Below are positions 57,381 to 64,000 of a DNA stretch of 64,000 nt, in pieces (positions within the stretch are counted from its first letter, which is position 1; each line of letters begins with the position of its first letter). The stretch lies in the NCBI GenBank assembly GCA_947085205.1, contig CAMTVO010000014.1, positions 1-64,000 of the forward strand, in the 5' to 3' direction. Below the pieces are notes generated by a model. It ran no database searches. It was not told the origin of the DNA and saw nothing but the letters and a program-made list of their open reading frames with translations. The stretch comes from an uncultured Nitrospiraceae bacterium. GTDB taxonomy: Bacteria > Nitrospirota > Thermodesulfovibrionia > Thermodesulfovibrionales > Dissulfurispiraceae. The position numbers and the translations under genes were made by a program.

Positions 57381-59834
57381 TTATACCCTAAACCAACCTG
57401 CCGTTGAATTTAATTCGGTTGCAAGTCTTGAAAGGTCTTCTGATGCACGCTTTATCTCAACAATGGAGTTGCTCAACTGTCTTGTTATTACTGCAATGCT
57501 TTCCATATTATGCGAAACCTCTTCGGAAGCGGACGATTGTTCTTCTGTTGCCGCTGCAATCCTCTGTACCATATCCGCAACCTGCTCCACGTATGTGACG
57601 ATTTCGTCTATGGACTTTAATGTGCTATCTACATTGCCAATCACTTTTCCTACAGAATCTCTGTTGTCTTTCATTGAATTTACAGAATCCTTAACCTCTG
57701 TCTGCATCGTCATTACGGTGTTTGCAATGTCATCTGTAGCTGCTGTAGTCCTTTCAGCAAGCTGCCTGACACTATCAGCCACAACTGCAAATCCCCTTCC
57801 ATGCTCCCCTGCCCTTGCCGCCTCTATGGCTGCATTCAATGCAAGGAGATTGGTCTGGTCGGCAATCTCTTTGATTAAGCTTATAATATCGTTTATCTCT
57901 TCTGATTTTTTACCGAGGGACTCCACCTTTTTAGAGGATTCATTAATCGTATTCGCAAACTTCTGAAGTTCCTGCACGGTAATATGCATCGCACCTTTAC
58001 CCTGCAGTGCAATCTTCTTCATTTTCTGAGCAGTCTCTGCTGTGTGTGAGGCGCTTTTTGCAACATCTAATGTGGTCTGAGACATCTCTGTCATTGCAGT
58101 TGCTGATTGCTCTATCTGCATGCTCTGCTCATTCGAGCCTTTTTCAAGCGTCGTAGATGTAGCAGACAGTTCCTCCGAGCTGCTCGCCAGCGTTCCTGTA
58201 GATGTCTTAACCTTTCCGACTATATCCCGTAGGTTTTCTACCATCTTGCACATTGACTGTTGAACCATTCCAATTTCATCCTTGCTGTGTTCATCCTTGG
58301 AGCATGTAAGGTTACCCTGCGCAATCTGCTCAGCTCCCCAGATAAGTTCATTTAAAGGCTTTGAAACAGAACGATAAACCCATGTGCCAAAGGCAATCCC
58401 GAATACAATTGCTCCGATTCCTATGGCGATAATCAGAATCGTGCTGAACCTTACCATCTTGTTTACAGTACCGATGGCCTTTTCCTGCTCGCCCTGGGCT
58501 GTCGTTACGGTTTCCTTGCCCTTTGCTGCCTGCTTCAATACTATCTCCCTCAATCTCTCCGTGGCCTGCAAGGCCTTTTCTTTCATAGAAATCTGATGAC
58601 GAATCTTTGCGATTATGCCGTCTTTTGCAAATAAAAGGCTCCGCACTGAACTTAGCGCAGACTGTGTATTGTGAAGTATCTTGATCTCTTCCCTTGCATC
58701 GAGTTTCAAGAGAAATTTTTCGAGACTCTTACCTGTAGAGTCTATCTTCTCGTATATCTTCTTAATCTCAGCATCAACAACATCGACCTCTTTTAGAGAA
58801 TTAACAGTGAAAAGCCTTGCAGTCAGACCTTCTACGGATAAACCAAGCAAGATGAGTTCCGAATTTCCCGCCATCACGTTTGTTGCAATATTAGCCTGAG
58901 TAAAGACACCTCCCTGTTTTTTTGTCTCAACTCCATATCTATCGCTTGCAGAAACGACCTCCTGCTCTATGGTCAGCAAAAGAGCCGAAAGCTTCTCGCT
59001 AACTTCTTTATTTATAGCTTCAAAGCGGTTTTTGGTTTCTTCATTCGCCTGTCCTAAGATGGCTGTCTGGAGTTTGGTAAGCTCTTCTATTTTCTCTCCA
59101 AGCGTCTTGACATCAGAGTAAATAGTCTTGGAGTCTTTTGAATATTCGTTCTGGAGCGCCTTATTTATGGCAGAGTTAATCTTGCCTCTGGCAATGATTA
59201 CTGTCTTTTTGTCCTGAGCCTTCTGTATCTCAAAGACAGCAAGCTGGAGGTCTTTCAGTGTTGCCTTCAACAGTTCTATATTCCTGAGTTTCGATGAAAT
59301 ACCCTTTGTATCCTCCAGAGATGTCACAAAGGCTGCCGAACGATTGAGCTGAAGCCCCTTTATCTTTGTATCCAGTTCCTTCAATCTGTTCGATGCTTCC
59401 TTCAACTTCTTTGTAATTGTTTTGTTTGCTGTGCCGGCATCTTCTTCTGCATTGAGTCTTCCCTCTGTTATATCAAAAAGTTCCTTTGCTATACGGCTTA
59501 ATTCATTGTGGGTCTCCATCTTTGCGCCTCCGGACAGGGCTTCCAATGCGTCCTGAATGCTTTTAACCTCTGACAGAGATTTTTCCGCTTCGGTGCGGTA
59601 GGTCTTATATTCCTCCACATTTGTAGAAGCGCTCACATTGACAAGGTCGGCAGTAGTGCCCTGAATGGTTCTCTGAAATTCAACCGTCCTCAGCTGAAAC
59701 GGAGTGCTCCGCTCTGTAAGATAAAAAAGCTTGCTCTTTACAAATCCCATGCCTATCACGCTCGTTGCAGCAACAGCGCCGATTATTATAAGCACTGCTA
59801 TTACGTTCCATGTAAGTTTAGTCTTAATTGTCAT
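57381..59834 (-). CDS. Methyl-accepting chemotaxis protein with large helical periplasmic domain
   Basis: Two TMs, HAMP, conserved signalling hairpin. Confidence 0.92.
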   Translation of the reverse strand: MTIKTKLTWNVIAVLIIIGAVAATSVIGMGFVKSKLFYLTERSTPFQLRTVEFQRTIQGTTADLVNVSASTNVEEYKTYRTEAEKSLSEVKSIQDALEALSGGAKMETHNELSRIAKELFDITEGRLNAEEDAGTANKTITKKLKEASNRLKELDTKIKGLQLNRSAAFVTSLEDTKGISSKLRNIELLKATLKDLQLAVFEIQKAQDKKTVIIARGKINSAINKALQNEYSKDSKTIYSDVKTLGEKIEELTKLQTAILGQANEETKNRFEAINKEVSEKLSALLLTIEQEVVSASDRYGVETKKQGGVFTQANIATNVMAGNSELILLGLSVEGLTARLFTVNSLKEVDVVDAEIKKIYEKIDSTGKSLEKFLLKLDAREEIKILHNTQSALSSVRSLLFAKDGIIAKIRHQISMKEKALQATERLREIVLKQAAKGKETVTTAQGEQEKAIGTVNKMVRFSTILIIAIGIGAIVFGIAFGTWVYRSVSKPLNELIWGAEQIAQGNLTCSKDEHSKDEIGMVQQSMCKMVENLRDIVGKVKTSTGTLASSSEELSATSTTLEKGSNEQSMQIEQSATAMTEMSQTTLDVAKSASHTAETAQKMKKIALQGKGAMHITVQELQKFANTINESSKKVESLGKKSEEINDIISLIKEIADQTNLLALNAAIEAARAGEHGRGFAVVADSVRQLAERTTAATDDIANTVMTMQTEVKDSVNSMKDNRDSVGKVIGNVDSTLKSIDEIVTYVEQVADMVQRIAAATEEQSSASEEVSHNMESIAVITRQLSNSIVEIKRASEDLSRLATELNSTAGWFRV

Positions 59835-59865
59835 AAACGTCCCCCTCGCTTCTATCTAATTGCCT

Positions 59866-59892
59866 GGAAGTGCAGGAATATCCTGCACTTCC
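59866..59892. other. Perfect 12-bp-stem intergenic hairpin
   Basis: GGAAGTGCAGGA-ATA-TCCTGCACTTCC between two co-oriented genes; no clear U-tract. Confidence 0.6.
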
Positions 59893-59917
59893 TAAGTTTA
59901 TGTCCAAACAGCCTTTG

Positions 59918-60679
59918 CTATTTTATATGCTTCTGTCCTTCGCCCTTGATAAAGTCTATGAGCTTCTGTACATTTGGAGATGGTTTGCCTTTAGTAACAA
60001 GGATTATTGGTCTTGCCACTTCAGGGGTCTCAGGAGACTTTATAGTAGCATCCACTACCGCTGCCGGACCAATCCCCACTGCTTCAGGATTTGATGTAAT
60101 ATTCTGCCTTACGTCTTCTGCAGTGGTTGCTTCAAGAACATCCTTTGTCTGGGATTCTCCATCAAGCATGTTTTTTATAAATAAACTGTTAGTACCGGGA
60201 ATAAGCTTACCCCACACCACTATTATAGGCATGTCTTTGCCGCCCACATCTTTCCAGTTGGCTATTTTGCCGGTGAATATACCTTTTAACTGCTCCTTTG
60301 AAAGCTTTGAGACAGGGTTATCTTTATGCACGAGTACAATAATCTTATCTTTTCCAATGGTTACCTGCTGAAGTGATGCAGGGTCCTTAACCTCTGCCCC
60401 CTCTTTTTTCATAAGATTCATCCAGTCATCAAAGGTAAGACCTGCTGCTGCTGCATCAACAGCGCCTTTTTCCAAATCCATTAAGGCAATCTTAGGCCCT
60501 GAAGCAATAATGGTAAGCCTTACCCCTATAGCCCTCTCAAATGGCTCCTTTATAGGCTTTAACACATTCTCTGTCGGTGCGGCCCCTGCCCCAATCTTTA
60601 CCTCGTCTGCAAAGACGGCGAGGCTAAAGGTCAACAGAAAAACAAATGCAACTGCTAAAATCAGTCTAAATCTCTTCAT
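59918..60679 (-). CDS. PstS-like periplasmic substrate-binding protein
   Basis: Signal peptide, VHKDNPVSKLSKEQLKGIFTGKIANWKDVGG. Confidence 0.8.
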   Translation of the reverse strand: MKRFRLILAVAFVFLLTFSLAVFADEVKIGAGAAPTENVLKPIKEPFERAIGVRLTIIASGPKIALMDLEKGAVDAAAAGLTFDDWMNLMKKEGAEVKDPASLQQVTIGKDKIIVLVHKDNPVSKLSKEQLKGIFTGKIANWKDVGGKDMPIIVVWGKLIPGTNSLFIKNMLDGESQTKDVLEATTAEDVRQNITSNPEAVGIGPAAVVDATIKSPETPEVARPIILVTKGKPSPNVQKLIDFIKGEGQKHIK

Positions 60680-60725
60680 CTTGTCCTCCAGATAAAAAAA
60701 TTGTATCCACCATAAGGTGGATTTG

Positions 60726-61007
60726 TTATCTACGCTTCCGTTTTACTTGTGCAGTATGAACTTCTGTATTGTTCCTATGGGCAATAAGTTCCTCATGAAT
60801 CATGTCTGTCTTCTGCTTTAGCCCAGATATATCCTTTTTCATATCCTGCTGCTGGTCAATTACAAAACCAATGTTCTTCTGAAATTCTTCCAAAAGAATC
60901 CCGGTGTGTCTCCTGAATTCTTCTTTTATCTCCTTAAATTCTTCCTTTACCTCTTGGTTAAATTCTTCAAAGTCCTTTTTCGTAACATAATCATCCATAA
61001 AAATCAT
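60726..61007 (-). CDS. Small coiled-coil hypothetical protein
   Basis: 93 aa ORF in operon orientation with heptad-like E/K pattern. Confidence 0.55.
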   Translation of the reverse strand: MIFMDDYVTKKDFEEFNQEVKEEFKEIKEEFRRHTGILLEEFQKNIGFVIDQQQDMKKDISGLKQKTDMIHEELIAHRNNTEVHTAQVKRKRR

Positions 61008-61014
61008 CCCCTTT

Positions 61015-62190
61015 TTAGAATCCGAAGTCCTTCAGAAGGTCATCCACATCTGCCTGTGAGACCTCTTCAGGAGTTACTTCTGCCTTTAGTCCATGTTCTA
61101 TCTTTACACCAAAGGTTGCTATCAGTTTTACAAGCTCCTCCTCTATGTCGCCTACAAGCTTAATCACCTTCTTTATTGTCTGGCCCGTAATGTCCTGAAA
61201 GGACTGCGCGGTAAGTATCTCTGTAAAGTCGTCTTCAAGCCTGTTCTTGAAATTCTTTAAATATGCAACCGATTCTTCCGGTTCTTTCAGGTTTCTTATG
61301 TGTGTGGCAAGGTCGTCCATGCCGATTATATATTTTTCTACAATACCCATAGTCTTGTTTGCTGCATCTTCTGTCTTTTCTATAACAAACTGGAGTTTGT
61401 CAACAGCATTGGGCATATCTGTTACTGCCATATCCTTAAGTCGAGGGTCTATGGCCTCCTTAAAGCTCTTTATAGCGTCGTGAAGCTTCCTCGTAACCTT
61501 CCCGACCTCTTTAAAGAGGTCGCTCTGGCCTTTATTCATTATGTTCTGGATAGTGCTGTCCGCCTTTTCGTAATCCTGCGTTGCAATGGCATTCATAAAA
61601 CTGATCATATCGTCAAAAAGGGCGTATCTCGGATCATTAGCGCTTATACCCCTTTTCTCAAAAAAGTCCTTTGCATCCATTACTTCTTTAACAACCATCT
61701 CTCCGCCCATTCCTTCTATCTTCTTTACCACCTCAACCTTATCCCCGATTTCCTTTACCTCAAAGACCTCGTCTTCAAAGATACTCATGTCCTCCACAGG
61801 AATAAGCTTCCTTGTGTCTAAAAGCACTACAAGCTTATCGCCAACCTTTGCGACGCCTGAGACAATATCGGATGCATTAAAGTCGGTAGGAGGCTCTATC
61901 TCCGACTCCTCTATCGTAATAACTCCTGTTATACTGTCAACCAGAACTCCAAAGGTAATACGGCCGCTGGTGACAACGATTACCTTTTCTCCGACTGTTC
62001 CGCCATTTAAACCCGCGAGCCTCTTAAGATCCACCACAGGTATTATTCTCCCCCTGAGATTTGCAATTCCCTCGATATAACCCGGCGACTGAGGCAGTTT
62101 CGTAAGAGACGGAAAATTTATAATCTCCTGAACCTTCAGAATCGGTATTGTGTATTCATTGTTATTCATTGTAAAGCCTATATACTGCAT
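61015..62190 (-). CDS. CheW-CheZ fusion protein
   Basis: N-terminal CheW (GIANLRGRIIPVVDL); C-terminal CheZ (VGKVTRKLHD, TEDAANKTM, QSFQDITGQTIKKV, QADVDDLL..FGF). Confidence 0.85.
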   Translation of the reverse strand: MQYIGFTMNNNEYTIPILKVQEIINFPSLTKLPQSPGYIEGIANLRGRIIPVVDLKRLAGLNGGTVGEKVIVVTSGRITFGVLVDSITGVITIEESEIEPPTDFNASDIVSGVAKVGDKLVVLLDTRKLIPVEDMSIFEDEVFEVKEIGDKVEVVKKIEGMGGEMVVKEVMDAKDFFEKRGISANDPRYALFDDMISFMNAIATQDYEKADSTIQNIMNKGQSDLFKEVGKVTRKLHDAIKSFKEAIDPRLKDMAVTDMPNAVDKLQFVIEKTEDAANKTMGIVEKYIIGMDDLATHIRNLKEPEESVAYLKNFKNRLEDDFTEILTAQSFQDITGQTIKKVIKLVGDIEEELVKLIATFGVKIEHGLKAEVTPEEVSQADVDDLLKDFGF

Positions 62191-62213
62191 ATATACCCTC
62201 CGTAAACGTAAAA

Positions 62214-63959
62214 TTATTTACTGCTCGTTTTAAATATGCTCCTCGAAACAACCGCAAGGTCAAGGATTAACACAACCTTTCCATCGCCTGTAATAGTAGC
62301 TCCAAGAATGCCGCAGGCTTCGGACTCTATACCGTTAATTGTCTTAATGACTACCTCCTCCTGACCTAACAACTCATCCACAGAAATGCAGAACCTCCTG
62401 TCTCCAACAGTGGCGACAAGGACATAATTGTTGTCATGTTCAACTTCAGACCTTCTTCTTACTCCTAAGACCTCTGACATCTCAAACAGTGGCAATACCC
62501 TGCCCCTTATGGTCAGCACCTTCTGCCCTGTTACATCCTTGATGTCGCTCTTTTTGACCCTGAGCGTCTCTTCTATCATTGACTGCGGTATTGCATAAAA
62601 CTCGTCTCCGATTCTCACCATCATTGCCTGAAGTATTGCGAGCGTCAGAGGCAGGCTTATTCTGAATGTGCTTCCGACATCCCTTTTGGTCATTACTTCG
62701 ACATATCCGTTCAGCTTTGCCACATTTGTTTTTACCACGTCCATTCCGACTCCGCGGCCGCTCAGTTCTGTAGAGACCTCTTTTGTAGAAAAGCCGGGCA
62801 GGAATATGAGATTGATTGCAGCATCGTCCGGCATCCTCTGCGCTTCATCTTCGGATATGAGGCCCTTTCCAATAGCCTTTCTCTTTACGGCCTCGACATC
62901 GATGCCTTTGCCGTCGTCGGATACCTCTATGACAATCTGGGTTCCCTTCTGATAGGCGCTTAAGATTATTCTCCCCTTCTTGGGCTTGCCTTTCATTTCC
63001 CGATCTTCCGCATACTCGATTGCGTGGTCTATGGAGTTTCTTATGATATGCACAAGCGGATCGCCGATATTCTCTATCACCGTCTTATCCACTTCGGTAT
63101 CCTCTCCGAACATTTCAAGATCTATATCCTTGCCGAGATTTCTCGACATGTCTCTTACCATTCTGGGGAACTTGCCGAAGACCTTCTGGATGGGCTGCAT
63201 CCTCATCTTCATTACGGCAAGCTGAAGATCTGACGTCATCCTGTCCAGAAAACCGGTGGTCTCAAGGAGACTTTCCACCTGCGGGTCCCCGGAATAGTTA
63301 AGTTCGAGTTTCGCGGCAAGGTTCAAGAGCCTGTTTCTGACAAGGACTATTTCCCCGGCCAGGTCCATTACCTTATCTATCCTCGATACGTCAACCCTCA
63401 GCGTTGAGACTACTTCCTTCTCCTTTGTTATCTGCTGCACCTGCTCTTCTGCCGCAGGCTGTGGCTGAGGTTTGGGTTTAGGCTCAGGTTTCGGTGGCGG
63501 CATAATCTCGACACGGGGTTCGGGTTTAGGTTCAATCTTTATTTCAACCTTCTCAGGCGCCCCTCCTGCTAATGCCGTCTCCTGCGCAGAATCAAGCTCC
63601 CTTAAAAGGTCCGATGTATCTTCTTCTATGCCGTCTTTCAGCTTTATATGAAATATCAGAAGCCTCAGTGTATCCACGCTCTTGAGTATTACATCCATCA
63701 ATTCCCTCGAAAGCGCTATCTCGCCGTCGCGCAGCCTCTTCATTATGCTCTCTGCCCTGTGGGCAACATCAACTATCAGCTGAAAACCAAGGAAACCGGC
63801 TGCACCTTTAAGGGTATGCATTCCGCGGAATATCTCATTGAGGATATCTTTGTCATATCCTTTGGTCTCCAACTCCACAAACATGGGGTCGATCTTTTCC
63901 AGAGTCTCTTCAGCCTCTGTAACAAATTCGCTTATAATCTCATCCATCTCATCAGCCAT
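62214..63959 (-). CDS. cheA: Chemotaxis histidine kinase
   Basis: FRGMHTLKG, HIIRNSIDH, DDGKG, SGRGVGMDVV, C-terminal CheW-like domain. Confidence 0.96.
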   Translation of the reverse strand: MADEMDEIISEFVTEAEETLEKIDPMFVELETKGYDKDILNEIFRGMHTLKGAAGFLGFQLIVDVAHRAESIMKRLRDGEIALSRELMDVILKSVDTLRLLIFHIKLKDGIEEDTSDLLRELDSAQETALAGGAPEKVEIKIEPKPEPRVEIMPPPKPEPKPKPQPQPAAEEQVQQITKEKEVVSTLRVDVSRIDKVMDLAGEIVLVRNRLLNLAAKLELNYSGDPQVESLLETTGFLDRMTSDLQLAVMKMRMQPIQKVFGKFPRMVRDMSRNLGKDIDLEMFGEDTEVDKTVIENIGDPLVHIIRNSIDHAIEYAEDREMKGKPKKGRIILSAYQKGTQIVIEVSDDGKGIDVEAVKRKAIGKGLISEDEAQRMPDDAAINLIFLPGFSTKEVSTELSGRGVGMDVVKTNVAKLNGYVEVMTKRDVGSTFRISLPLTLAILQAMMVRIGDEFYAIPQSMIEETLRVKKSDIKDVTGQKVLTIRGRVLPLFEMSEVLGVRRRSEVEHDNNYVLVATVGDRRFCISVDELLGQEEVVIKTINGIESEACGILGATITGDGKVVLILDLAVVSRSIFKTSSK

Positions 63960-64000
63960 TTTTATCCCCCTGCCTTCAAAGATGTTTTCTTGTCCGCTAT

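Noticed and set aside
63455..63540. PKPEP repeats in cheA
   Set aside because: An ordinary proline-rich linker after the Hpt domain, with codon-level rather than 7-nt periodicity.
63962..64000. 3' end of the gene upstream of cheA (IADKKTSLKAGG-stop, - strand)
   Set aside because: Only 12 codons are visible, too few to identify.

Overview
The window has two parts. Positions 1-6512 are the distal end of an integron-like gene-cassette array on the + strand; no integrase gene is in the window. It has six attC-like hairpins plus one degenerate one. Cassette 1 is about 3.1 kb and carries four putative defence genes (TIR-like protein, membrane protein, adenine methyltransferase, restriction endonuclease). 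The remaining cassettes are toxin-antitoxin modules, mostly decayed, one split by an internally deleted IS256. Each cassette with matching ends is bounded by its own 21-25 bp imperfect inverted repeat, far longer than the usual 7-bp core complementarity, and the last crossover point abuts the moeA stop codon. Positions 6507-64000 are core chromosome, mostly on the - strand: moeA, pepA, pth, rplY, prs, tRNA-Gln, ispE, a peptidoglycan-recycling cluster, purM, nadC, valS, isc genes, an Mla/TolC operon, pyrDK, greA, flagellar genes and chemotaxis genes. Gene content suggests a motile diderm, possibly Nitrospirota/Thermodesulfovibrionia (inference only). The core region has more than 20 short tandem arrays of 7-nt, sometimes 8-nt, units. 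Many form inverted pairs; they sit at gene junctions, insert in frame into enzymes, and encode the hydrophobic cores of six signal peptides.
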